NCBI GenBank assembly: GCA_049606355.1
Contig: JBMYVL010000003.1
Coordinates: forward strand, 210,001 to 242,000
Length of the DNA stretch: 32,000 bases
Reading direction: 5' to 3'
Source: Opitutales bacterium
GTDB lineage: Bacteria; Verrucomicrobiota; Verrucomicrobiia; Opitutales; Coraliomargaritaceae
The position numbers were made by a program, and so were the translations under genes. Shown one piece after another: positions 9,087 through 18,078 of this stretch; within the stretch, counting starts at the first letter, position 1; the number at the start of each line of letters is the position of its first letter. The notes below the pieces were generated by a model, which saw only the letters and a list, made by a program, of their open reading frames with translations, ran no database searches and had not been told where the DNA came from.

Positions 9087-11528
9087 ATGAGTTCAAGCCA
9101 GCATCATATACAAGCCGCCTACTGGATTCGCCCGGGCCAAGCTTGCGTACTCCTTTCACGAAACTGGAAAAGAAACACACTCCCCCCGATTACGTTACAG
9201 GGAAAGGATTTGCAGCTGCAAAACCTGCGACCGATGGATCCAGAAGAAATCGGTCGATTCACCGGTTACTACGAAAGTCAGGACTCCATTATTTTTTGCC
9301 TCAACCCGGAGCGCTACCCACATATTGACTTCGATCAAGATCCCGTACGCGCAGCCGGTCCATTCAACGATTGGGGACGCTCGGCAGATGCGGCGAGCTA
9401 TGAATTGACGGAGGCAAGTCCACCGAATGGGAAACCCTTCTATCAGGTAAAGGTCCCTCGTCACCAGGTGGTCAAAGCAGGCAAGAAGATGACCTTCAAA
9501 TTTGTTACACGCAGTTGGCATTGGCTGACGCCACTGCGTTGCGCTGCAAATCTAGCGGAAGATAAAAGCGGCAACCTGAACTACGTCCTTAATGTTTCTC
9601 GCAGCGGGCGGCATGCCTTCACCTTCGATTTAAAATCGGGGCGCGGCATGGATCAAGCCGCACAGGTGGTGTGGAATGCAGAAACACCCACACCAATTCG
9701 CCCCGGCTTATTTTTTTACGACCTGGAAAGCCGGCATAAGTGTGGCCTTACGTTTGCTAACAATGCAGCTACCTTCCGGCTCTTTGCTCCCCGAGCGACA
9801 CGTGTCTGCATTGAAATTTTCCAGACTCTGGAGAACCCCCAACCCCAACGATACGACTTAAGTCTGAGCAACGACCAAGTCACTTGGGAGGTCGCCGTCA
9901 GTGGCTATTTGCATGGCTGGTTCTATCGCTACTTTATAGATGGTCCTGACGATGGGTGCACCACCCATTTTGACTTCACTCAAGCTGTGCTGGATCCCTA
10001 TGCGCAGGCCACGGCTGGACCCGAAGGACCGGGAATCATCCTCGACCCCCAAAAAACCGCTAAGCCAAACCCACCGCACGATCCGCCGCCATGGCAGGAC
10101 TTAAGTATCCTCGAATGCCACGTACGTGACCTCACGCAAAAAGCTCCGATCGAACTAAATGAGACCGAGCGCTTAGGCTTTGCCGGCGTCACTCGTTTGC
10201 TCGAGCAGGACGCAAGTTATGTGCGTACCCTCGGTGTGAACACACTCGAATTTCAACCCATTCAGCAATTCGATAGCACCGATCGTGATACATACCATTG
10301 GGGCTATATGACCAATGCTTACTTCGCGCCCTGTGCCTGGTATGGCAGCGCTCCAAGTAAAGCTTCTCAGAATCACGAATTTAGCGAAATGGTACGCACC
10401 TGCCACGACCAAGATCTATCTGTGATCATTGATGTCGTCTACAATCACGTAGGAGAGCCGCCTAATCTGCTCTACATCGACAAAGCTTACTACTTTCATC
10501 TGGACGAAACGGGAGAGCACATCAACTGGTCGGGCTGCGGCAATACCCTGCGCGCTGAGTCAGTCATGGCACGACGGCTCATCATTGAAAGCCTCTGCCA
10601 CCTAGTTGAGACTTATGGGGTCGATGGTTTCCGCTTTGATCTGGCCGAACTCATCAGCATCGAAGTCCTCAAAGAAATTGGTGATGCGCTGCGCACGCTC
10701 AAACCATCGATTATCCTCATCGCCGAACCGTGGAGCTTCCGTGGTAGCATTCAATGGGATACACGCATGGCAGGCTACTCCTTCTGGAATGATGGTTTTC
10801 GAGAATTCGCCCGGGAGTATGTGCTCGGCCACAGTAATGGTGGCGCCCTCGCTTATTACGCCAAAGGCTGCCTTGATCATATGGCCGCTTGGCCATCACA
10901 AAGTATTAACTACGTCGAATCCCATGACGACCGTTGCTGGCTCGACCAAATTACCGAGCATAGCGACCACAACGGAACGCACCCGACTCATAATGATATT
11001 CTGCGCAGCCACATGATGGCCGCTTTACTGTATACTTCCATCGGCATTCCGTTGCTGTCCTGCGGGCAAGATTTCATGCGCTCCAAAGGAGGGCTGAATA
11101 ACACGTACCAGCGAGGCGATGTGAACGCGCTCAACTACCAGCGAATCCAAAGCTATGGGCGTACGCATGATTACTTCAAACAATGGATCGCCTTTCGCCA
11201 GTCAGCATTAGCGAAGGTCCTTCGCCTCAATCAAAATCCAGGTGAGGCTTACCTGCGTTGTTTTAACTGTGATCAGAGTGACGCCTCTGCGACCGCACTG
11301 CTCTTCAATGCGGATCGATCACAGGGCTCTACTCAAATCCTGCTGGCACTGAACCCACACTTTGAAGCCCATAAAATTCATCTATATGATGTCGACGGCG
11401 ATCATTGGCGAGCCCTTGCCGACATTGAGAACTTCAACGTCCATGGCATTCTTGATGAGCGCTTGCAGCGCGATGAACGCAGCATCTATCTCGGCCCGAT
11501 GAATCTAGGCTTGTGGGTGCGCCAATAA
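9087..11528 (+). CDS. GH13 pullulanase-type / glycogen debranching enzyme with N-terminal carbohydrate-binding-like modules
   Basis: The ORF is open from a GTG at 8976; the first ATG is at 9087 (MSSSQHH), so the start is uncertain. GH13 regions are present: DVVYNHV (I), GVDGFRFDLAELI (II), IAEPWS (III) and YVESHDD (IV). There is a pullulanase-like YHWGYMTNAYFAP motif. A CBM48-like FRLFAPRATRVCIEIF segment precedes the barrel. I see no signal peptide. Confidence 0.88.
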   Translation: MSSSQHHIQAAYWIRPGQACVLLSRNWKRNTLPPITLQGKDLQLQNLRPMDPEEIGRFTGYYESQDSIIFCLNPERYPHIDFDQDPVRAAGPFNDWGRSADAASYELTEASPPNGKPFYQVKVPRHQVVKAGKKMTFKFVTRSWHWLTPLRCAANLAEDKSGNLNYVLNVSRSGRHAFTFDLKSGRGMDQAAQVVWNAETPTPIRPGLFFYDLESRHKCGLTFANNAATFRLFAPRATRVCIEIFQTLENPQPQRYDLSLSNDQVTWEVAVSGYLHGWFYRYFIDGPDDGCTTHFDFTQAVLDPYAQATAGPEGPGIILDPQKTAKPNPPHDPPPWQDLSILECHVRDLTQKAPIELNETERLGFAGVTRLLEQDASYVRTLGVNTLEFQPIQQFDSTDRDTYHWGYMTNAYFAPCAWYGSAPSKASQNHEFSEMVRTCHDQDLSVIIDVVYNHVGEPPNLLYIDKAYYFHLDETGEHINWSGCGNTLRAESVMARRLIIESLCHLVETYGVDGFRFDLAELISIEVLKEIGDALRTLKPSIILIAEPWSFRGSIQWDTRMAGYSFWNDGFREFAREYVLGHSNGGALAYYAKGCLDHMAAWPSQSINYVESHDDRCWLDQITEHSDHNGTHPTHNDILRSHMMAALLYTSIGIPLLSCGQDFMRSKGGLNNTYQRGDVNALNYQRIQSYGRTHDYFKQWIAFRQSALAKVLRLNQNPGEAYLRCFNCDQSDASATALLFNADRSQGSTQILLALNPHFEAHKIHLYDVDGDHWRALADIENFNVHGILDERLQRDERSIYLGPMNLGLWVRQ

Positions 11529-11551
11529 CCAAGCACTCGAGATCGCCTCGG

Positions 11552-12745
11552 CTATGCGAGCTCGGCGACCGCTTGGCTCAAATGAGCTTCGCAAAGATCT
11601 AGATCGCCGTGCACTTTAGGCGTCCATGCCTGTGCCCAATAAAAATTACAAGAGGTCTGCGCGCGTAACAGGCGCCATTGGGCTTCGTTTATATGATAAC
11701 GAACTTCGTGTAATTCCGTTGCTGGTGCATACTGTTTCAAGCGATTTTCGATGGCGTGAAAATGCTCGCTGACTGCCTGCACCCGAGTATGGGCTTCTTT
11801 CTGCTGTGAGGTGCCTGTCCATTGCGTAAAGTCATCGCCATAATGGTCTTCCGTATTCCAGGCTCCGGTTTTAACGTGTACACGACCCTGTGCACCCTGC
11901 CTCGCTAAATAATCGTGAATGTAGGTCGGGCGAACACGTGTGGTTTCACCACGCACCCGCTCCAACAAGGATTGGTAAAAGACATGCCAAAAATTCGCGA
12001 GTTTATCATGATTGCGAAACCAGCCACCATTGTCGCCATCTGAACAGGTCGTGACCAATGGTTCGAAGTCGCACCACTTCGTGCGTTCTTCTAATTCGTG
12101 AATAAACCAGCCAGGATCCATACCGGATAGCTGCGCATTGGACAGCTCTCGATCCCGCACAACGACGGTAATTTCTGCGCCTCCATAACTGGCGATATGC
12201 GGGCGATAGCGTAGCTCTTGCCAGCTCATCTTTTCGCCAATCGGCTCAACGTAACAATCGTCGACGAGAACATAGCGGTAACCGTGGCGAACCAAATATG
12301 GAATCATCTCCATACAGAAACCCATCTCCGGCGGCCAAAACCCAGGAAACTGCTCGCGCCAAAATAAATGCTGCGCGATACCCTGCCAACGACTCAATTG
12401 TGCATTCCAGTCAGCTTGAGGTGTTAGGGGAAGCACCGGGTGGTAATAGCCGGTTCCCAAAATGTTAAAGATTTTCTGATTTTGTAAATGCCACAGCAAG
12501 TCACCGACCTTGACCGTCCCATACATCTGCTCTTGAAATTTGGGGCAGGCGAGCGTCTCCAACAATGAACCGGAAAGTGAAAGATGGACTCGAGCGATAT
12601 CTTGATACTCCCAAAGTGAGCGCGGCATTCGATCGAGGGCGAATAAAATCTCCTTCGCCTCCCATTCGTTTTGCTCCGATAATTCAGTTAAATTATTGGG
12701 CGGTTGATGCAAATTTAACACGAGCGCGTGATGAATTGAAGCCAT
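11552..12745 (-). CDS. GH57-family glycoside hydrolase, paralog 2 (specificity unknown)
   Basis: 397-aa ORF. Motifs present: LVLNLHQPP (region I HQP), WPPEMGF (nucleophile Glu), CSDGDNGGWF (acid/base Asp) and AQTSCNFYWAQAW (region V-like). No signal peptide. Confidence 0.85.
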   Translation of the reverse strand: MASIHHALVLNLHQPPNNLTELSEQNEWEAKEILFALDRMPRSLWEYQDIARVHLSLSGSLLETLACPKFQEQMYGTVKVGDLLWHLQNQKIFNILGTGYYHPVLPLTPQADWNAQLSRWQGIAQHLFWREQFPGFWPPEMGFCMEMIPYLVRHGYRYVLVDDCYVEPIGEKMSWQELRYRPHIASYGGAEITVVVRDRELSNAQLSGMDPGWFIHELEERTKWCDFEPLVTTCSDGDNGGWFRNHDKLANFWHVFYQSLLERVRGETTRVRPTYIHDYLARQGAQGRVHVKTGAWNTEDHYGDDFTQWTGTSQQKEAHTRVQAVSEHFHAIENRLKQYAPATELHEVRYHINEAQWRLLRAQTSCNFYWAQAWTPKVHGDLDLCEAHLSQAVAELA

Positions 12746-12880
12746 GCCGCAGAGTAAACCTCAGCGACTAGAAAATACACTTCCAAAACAGTCCGCGCCC
12801 CTCACTTTAACCTGATTTTAACGAGCGCGGCCCACTGCCCACTATGTTTCCAGCGGGAGCATTCGGCGGAGCGAACTAAC

Positions 12881-12907
12881 AAAAAACCGAGCCCTAGGGC
12901 TCGGTTT
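12881..12907 (-). terminator. Strong rho-independent terminator after GH57 paralog 3
   Basis: The minus strand reads AAACCGAGCCCTAGGGCTCGGTTTTTT. That gives a perfect stem of about 10 bp around a CTAG loop, followed by a T6 run (12886-12881). It begins about 30 nt after the stop at 12936. On the plus strand only TTT follows the hairpin, so it is mainly unidirectional. Confidence 0.7.
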
Positions 12908-12935
12908 GCACAGCGGGTCGCAGTTTTTTTAGCAG

Positions 12936-14408
12936 TCAATAATCGGTGGCGACAATCGTTTGCACGCGACGGCAGATTTCACGGCCGAAATCAGTCCAAG
13001 CACCCTGCCCCCAATAACGATAGCATGAGGTCTGCGAACTCATCAAATTAAACAGGGCATTACGAAAACGCGTCTCGTCCCGAGGCATCCCCGGCTGTAA
13101 GACTTTCTCGTAAAACGCAGCACTCGCTTCTTCCATGGGGCCCAACACATTATCATAGCCGTGCACCCAAGAAATATCGTCGGTCCAACTGCCCCCATCC
13201 ATATGAAATTGATGGTCTTCTTGCTTGATCTCAACGATCGCTGCCTCCAGTTGCTCTGGTCCACAACCGGGCTCAACCCGATCCCAGATCTTCTTTTGGT
13301 GGATTGGCTGAATCTTCGGGAGATCACTCGTTTGGATGCCCAGCGCAAATAATTTATCCAAGTATTCAGAGACATTCATTGCCGGTACATCCGTATGCGC
13401 ACACTCGCTCATGACTTGGATAAACATCGCCGGAAACTCATTCATCATGACCCCGCCATTTTCGCCATCAGCAATTTGCGTGACCAGCGGCGGGACTTGC
13501 TTGCCAGCAAGCTCCCAGCGTTCGAGATTCTTAGCCTCGTAGTAAGGTTGCATCTGCGCCACCAACTTCGTGTCGCTACCTTGCGTTTTAATGATTGCAA
13601 TGATGCTGGCCTCCTCACCCGCCGAATTACGAACCACTAGGCGATGCGGCAGGTGCCGACGCTCTAAGCCATGCCCCGAATCGGGCAGCTCTACGGTGTG
13701 CTCTTGAACCAGCACCCATTGATAACCGCAGTCCACCAGAGTTTTCACGAACGCATAGGCAACATCGGGGTGGTTGGGCAGAGCCATCTCCGAGGGCGAG
13801 AAACCACGTATCCGCTCCAGTGCTTCCATTCCGAAAATGCCGGCAAAATGATGCTGGAACGCCTTTACATGTAGACGGTAGTCCTGCACCGGAGTCGACG
13901 GAGCCACCGCATGCCCCCACGGCATGCCAAGCCATTCAACACAATGGCGGTAGTCAGGATTGCAGGTGATGCCCTGCAGTTTCTCAATGACATCACTACA
14001 GCCCATGGTGCGTAAGCCGTGAAACAAGGTCCCCGAATATTCGAGCATGCAGCGAGGTTGCTTGCCTTGGGAAACCAGCTCTGGAATGAAATCCCCCATG
14101 CGCTCGTAGCACCATTTAAAAACCGAAGCATTGTGATTATCGCCCTCATCAGGGTGATCCATCATATCTTTGAGGTTACTAATCAGCGGTGTCTGTGTGA
14201 GATCGCCCCGCGCGGGAATTAACGGTTGGTGTTGGTGTAGCGCGATTGCGAAAGCAGCCCGCGTCTGCGCAAAGTTAATCGTGGTGTCGCCTGCATAAGG
14301 CGAAGTTGAAGCAGCTGCCTGTATCCTTGCGTCGATGAATGCTTCGGAACCGGAAACATTGGGAAGGTCGTCTATGTACTCGGGAATGGCGGTGACTTGT
14401 TGACTCAT
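12936..14408 (-). CDS. GH57-family glycoside hydrolase, paralog 3 (specificity unknown)
   Basis: 490-aa ORF. Motifs present: FAIALHQHQPLI (region I), GFSPSEMAL (nucleophile Glu), IADGENGGVMMNEF (acid/base Asp) and SSQTSCYRYWGQGAW (region V-like). No signal peptide. Confidence 0.85.
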   Translation of the reverse strand: MSQQVTAIPEYIDDLPNVSGSEAFIDARIQAAASTSPYAGDTTINFAQTRAAFAIALHQHQPLIPARGDLTQTPLISNLKDMMDHPDEGDNHNASVFKWCYERMGDFIPELVSQGKQPRCMLEYSGTLFHGLRTMGCSDVIEKLQGITCNPDYRHCVEWLGMPWGHAVAPSTPVQDYRLHVKAFQHHFAGIFGMEALERIRGFSPSEMALPNHPDVAYAFVKTLVDCGYQWVLVQEHTVELPDSGHGLERRHLPHRLVVRNSAGEEASIIAIIKTQGSDTKLVAQMQPYYEAKNLERWELAGKQVPPLVTQIADGENGGVMMNEFPAMFIQVMSECAHTDVPAMNVSEYLDKLFALGIQTSDLPKIQPIHQKKIWDRVEPGCGPEQLEAAIVEIKQEDHQFHMDGGSWTDDISWVHGYDNVLGPMEEASAAFYEKVLQPGMPRDETRFRNALFNLMSSQTSCYRYWGQGAWTDFGREICRRVQTIVATDY

Positions 14409-14685
14409 AGTAGGTTATTTTTTGGGTGGAATGAGCGGCCACTAACGTGGCTGAATGAAGATTATACTAACGGTACTACCCAATAACTTATTCGACCACA
14501 TCTGAGCGCAAGGGCAATGGACCTAGGCTTGGTTTTATAAGCAAATACACTGCAAGAAACCTCTAACATAACTAACGTCACTGATTGTTCGTTTCTGTCG
14601 ATTCCTGCGCTGCCGCGCACCGTTTGGGATTGCCTTTTAAGGGACACCTATTGACGCAGGCGCAGCGACTGCTTTGATAGGCCCC

Positions 14686-15756
14686 ATGCAAAAAATTTTG
14701 GTAGGTCTTTCCGGAGGGGTCGACAGCGCGGTGGCCGCGCTGTTACTCCAACAGCAAGGCTATGAGGTGTCCGGTGCTTATATCCGCACTTGGATGAACG
14801 AGGAAATGCCACTGGCCGACTGCCCCGCACAACAGGACATTGAAGACTCCCGTGCGGTGGCGGCGCACTTGGGGATCGACTATCGAATCGTCAACCTCGT
14901 CAACGAATACCGCGAGCATGTGGTCAACTACTTGGTAGAAGGTTACCAAAACGGCATCACTCCAAATCCGGACATCATGTGCAACCGGGAGATGAAGTTT
15001 GGTATCTTTCAAAAGTATGCTTTGGACAACGGCTTCGACGGCATCGCCACGGGACATTATGTGCGCAAGTGCGCCGACAGCGATGGTAACTTCGACATCA
15101 TCGAAGGCACTGACAAGAATAAGGACCAGAGCTATTTTCTGGCCCTGCTCAAACAGCAACAAATCAACCGCGCCCTGTTTCCAGTCGGGGAGTTACACAA
15201 ACCCGAGGTGCGCGAGCTCGCCGAAAAACACAAACTGCCCAACGCCACTAAAAAAGACAGTCAGGGAATCTGCTTCCTGGGCGACATGCCCATCAACCGC
15301 TTTCTTGAGTATTACATTGAGGACAAGCCGGGCAACATCGTCAGTACCGAAGGCCAAGTGCTTGGCCGGCATCGTGGCCTGCACCGTTATACGGCAGGCC
15401 AACGGCGTGGCATCGGCGTCCCCTCCAATACCGACAACGAGTTCTATGTGGTGGTTGGCTTCAACCTACAGCAAAACGAACTTATTGTTGCCTTCGATAA
15501 GCCCGACTCTCCCGGTCTCTACACGAGCGAAGTCGAGCTCTACGGCTTGAACTTTCTCAACAAGCAGATCAGCGAGACACGCAAGCTTCTCGCAAAGCCA
15601 CGCTACCGTGATGCTTCACAAGCAATCACCTATACACCAACCGGTCCTGACAGTGCTTCGGTAGTATTTGACGAACCACAACGCGCGCTTGCCCCCGGCC
15701 AGATCCTCGCCCTTTATGACGAGGAAATCCTCCTCGGCGGAGGCTTTTACCGCTAG
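14686..15756 (+). CDS. mnmA: tRNA-specific 2-thiouridylase (tRNA U34 2-thiolation)
   Basis: The ORF is open from a TTG at 14674; I prefer the ATG at 14686 ([20 protein letters not shown]-loop SGGxDS). MnmA-typical [14 protein letters not shown] and DSQGICFLG motifs are present. Confidence 0.93.
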   Translation: MQKILVGLSGGVDSAVAALLLQQQGYEVSGAYIRTWMNEEMPLADCPAQQDIEDSRAVAAHLGIDYRIVNLVNEYREHVVNYLVEGYQNGITPNPDIMCNREMKFGIFQKYALDNGFDGIATGHYVRKCADSDGNFDIIEGTDKNKDQSYFLALLKQQQINRALFPVGELHKPEVRELAEKHKLPNATKKDSQGICFLGDMPINRFLEYYIEDKPGNIVSTEGQVLGRHRGLHRYTAGQRRGIGVPSNTDNEFYVVVGFNLQQNELIVAFDKPDSPGLYTSEVELYGLNFLNKQISETRKLLAKPRYRDASQAITYTPTGPDSASVVFDEPQRALAPGQILALYDEEILLGGGFYR

Positions 15757-15828
15757 CTGACTGTCCAGATTACGGTCGCATTCCGAGCCGGTCTTGCCGC
15801 TCACTTGAACCACTTTTATAAGCCAACC

Positions 15829-16620
15829 ATGCCTTCCCCCGCTCACTTACTCTCCTGGAATGTTAACGGCCTACGCGCAGTCCTCAAAAAAGGCTTTGAC
15901 GATTTTCTCGCAGCTGAAGCCCCCGACCTGCTCTGCCTCCAGGAAACGAAACTTTCCAGCGATCTCGTCGACGGTTTCGCCTTTGCGGGCTACCCACATG
16001 TCTATTGGAATTGCGCCGAAAAAAAGGGCTATTCAGGAACTGCGATCCTAAGCCAAGTCAAACCGCTAAGCATACACTATGGCATTGGTATCCAAAAACA
16101 TGATACGGAAGGACGCGTCATCACGGCAGAATTTAACGATTACTACCTCGTCACCGTTTATACACCCAACGCTCAAAATCACGACGCAAACAGGCGGCCA
16201 CGCCGCTTGGATTACCGTACCCTCGAATGGGATGTCGACTTCCTGAACTACTTAAAAGAGCTGGAACAAAGCAAACCCGTCGTCTTCTGCGGCGACCTCA
16301 ACGTGGCCCACACCGAAATTGATCTCGCCAACCCCAAGACGAACCGAAAAAACGCGGGATTTACGGATGAAGAACGTGCGCGTTTTGACGCCATCCTCGA
16401 AGCCGGATTCATTGATAGTTTTCGCCACTTGCACCCGCAAGCGACCGAACGTTACAGTTGGTGGTCGTACCGAGCGGGGGCGCGGCAACGCAATGTCGGT
16501 TGGCGCATCGACTATTTCTGCGTTTCCGAACAACTGAATGCCCAAATTGAAGACGCCACGATTCTCGACCATGTCGGCGGCTCGGACCACTGCCCGGTTG
16601 GATTACATCTCAAGAAATAA
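15829..16620 (+). CDS. xth: Exodeoxyribonuclease III (AP endonuclease)
   Basis: The ORF is open from a TTG at 15805; the first ATG at 15829 gives [17 protein letters not shown]. The LCLQETK, GDLNVAH, WSYR and GSDHCPV motifs of the ExoIII/EEP family are present. Confidence 0.93.
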   Translation: MPSPAHLLSWNVNGLRAVLKKGFDDFLAAEAPDLLCLQETKLSSDLVDGFAFAGYPHVYWNCAEKKGYSGTAILSQVKPLSIHYGIGIQKHDTEGRVITAEFNDYYLVTVYTPNAQNHDANRRPRRLDYRTLEWDVDFLNYLKELEQSKPVVFCGDLNVAHTEIDLANPKTNRKNAGFTDEERARFDAILEAGFIDSFRHLHPQATERYSWWSYRAGARQRNVGWRIDYFCVSEQLNAQIEDATILDHVGGSDHCPVGLHLKK

Positions 16621-16667
16621 AGTCAGCTGCGAAACCAGCAGACTCCAGCAGGCAGATGCGCGGCAAT

Positions 16668-18065
16668 TCAGTTAAAATAGTCTCCGATGGCAATCTTTGC
16701 AGTTTCCGGAGTTTCGTTATTCAGCTCCGCCCACTGGACCGCATAATACTCATTGGAAACATTCTCCAGATCACCTAACGCACGATCATAACGAAACTGC
16801 ATGTTGCCATTGATGACAACGTCGTAGGCAACAACCGCACCATTCAAATAACCAACATCACTTCCGCCACCGCCTTTTAATTCGACGTTTGCGCCCGGCG
16901 CATAGATATAAGCGGCCAACTGAGCTGCACCATGGATTTTTATGGTCTGGGCACCATCGGTCGGATTCGTGCCGTAAATGGATAAGCGCTGCGCTGGAGC
17001 CAAGTCCGCCACCGAATCGTATTCTGTATTGTGACTGTTAATATCGCCGGAAATTCCAATATCGCCATCCGTGTAGATCAACAATTGACCACCCGTTTCG
17101 ATCTCAAGGTTTCCACCTAAATCCAACTCCGCACCGTTGGATAAAATTAATGTTACCGTCGTATTGGCAGCTACTAAGACATCCTTCCCATTGGTGCTTC
17201 GGATCGAATCGCCCGAACCATCGAGAGCATACACTCCGTCCATCAGCACATTGACCCCATTCGACAGAGTCGGCGGGCTGACGTAGTCAGGAAAGCCCTC
17301 CGGCGCTTCAATCGGCTGAAAGTTTTCGTAATAATCGTAAGTAATCCTAGAAGGGTCATGCGTATCGGGGTTCTCCAATGAATAAACGCCACCCTGAGGG
17401 CCAAAATCAGGTTCGCCACCGCCCGTGGCAATGAAGCCGTAAATATTCGCATTGCCGACGTCAATTGCGCCGCCCTCCAAAGAACCAGTCGACACCCGTA
17501 ACTCATCCGACCAGTTGTGGGTGCCATCAGCTAAGAGTACGCCCGGTTGACCGAGACGGGAATCATACTGCTTGATCTCGACGGAATTACCATTGTTGCG
17601 AATTCGAGCTGCCACTAAGCCTGAATCCCCTAGGCCCCGGTCCCGACTCAAACCAACTCTCAGCAGTTTCTTTACATCTCCAGCTGGGTGCCCGGAAATA
17701 ACCCCCTCTGAATAGACCACTGGATTACTCGAGCTCGCATTCAAAATAACCACATTCACTGCTTGGGTCAGACCACTTGGATCTGGGGGGAAAGTATAGG
17801 TATAGGCCTGGCCGCCGTCACTTTCCGTCCATGCCGATAAATTATCTGTATTTAACGAATAAATCGCCCGATCCACCCCAGCTTCAGCCAATGAAAAGCT
17901 AGCGCCCAAAAGAAACGACCGCGTGGCAGCTCGATACTCGGAATGCGCCAGCGTAAAAAAACCTGCAGTGATAAAGCCGACAGCCATCACCATAATCATG
18001 GATGTTAACAAAGCCGAGCCTTGCTTGTGATGCCTGCGGTTGAACCGACTCTTTTCTGTAAGCAT
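16668..18065 (-). CDS. GspK/PilX-like minor pseudopilin (tip protein candidate) with a beta-helix-like C-terminal region
   Basis: The ORF is open to 18164, but the ATG at 18065 is preceded by a strong SD (AAGGAGGG, 18077-18070). It lies 13 nt after the stop of the upstream pseudopilin gene. The N-terminus KQGSALLTSMIMVMAVGFITAGFF resembles the non-cleavable GspK/PilX_N hydrophobic segment (G-x-A-L, no Glu5). The C-terminus is Gly/Asn/Asp/Val-rich and ends in IYAPGANVELKGGGG...GAVVAYDVVINGNMQFRYD. Confidence 0.7.
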   Translation of the reverse strand: MLTEKSRFNRRHHKQGSALLTSMIMVMAVGFITAGFFTLAHSEYRAATRSFLLGASFSLAEAGVDRAIYSLNTDNLSAWTESDGGQAYTYTFPPDPSGLTQAVNVVILNASSSNPVVYSEGVISGHPAGDVKKLLRVGLSRDRGLGDSGLVAARIRNNGNSVEIKQYDSRLGQPGVLLADGTHNWSDELRVSTGSLEGGAIDVGNANIYGFIATGGGEPDFGPQGGVYSLENPDTHDPSRITYDYYENFQPIEAPEGFPDYVSPPTLSNGVNVLMDGVYALDGSGDSIRSTNGKDVLVAANTTVTLILSNGAELDLGGNLEIETGGQLLIYTDGDIGISGDINSHNTEYDSVADLAPAQRLSIYGTNPTDGAQTIKIHGAAQLAAYIYAPGANVELKGGGGSDVGYLNGAVVAYDVVINGNMQFRYDRALGDLENVSNEYYAVQWAELNNETPETAKIAIGDYFN

Positions 18066-18078
18066 ATTGCCCTCCTTG

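Noticed and set aside
12768-12788. Sigma54-like element upstream of GH57 paralog 2 (minus strand, TGGAAG-N5-TTTCT)
   Set aside because: The -24 GG is present, but the -12 element lacks the conserved GC (TTTCT instead of TTGCW). It is probably a chance resemblance.
14462-14830. Two ~60-aa minus-strand ORFs in and next to the GH57/mnmA spacer
   Set aside because: They sit at the minimal length of the ORF track, have no SD or motif, and have odd composition. The second is antisense to the mnmA 5' end. I treat them as non-coding.
14999-15550. 183-aa plus-strand ORF nested in mnmA in another frame
   Set aside because: It gives a Ser/Thr/Pro/Ala-rich low-complexity translation typical of off-frame reading. 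The mnmA frame carries all the family motifs, and there is no independent start context.
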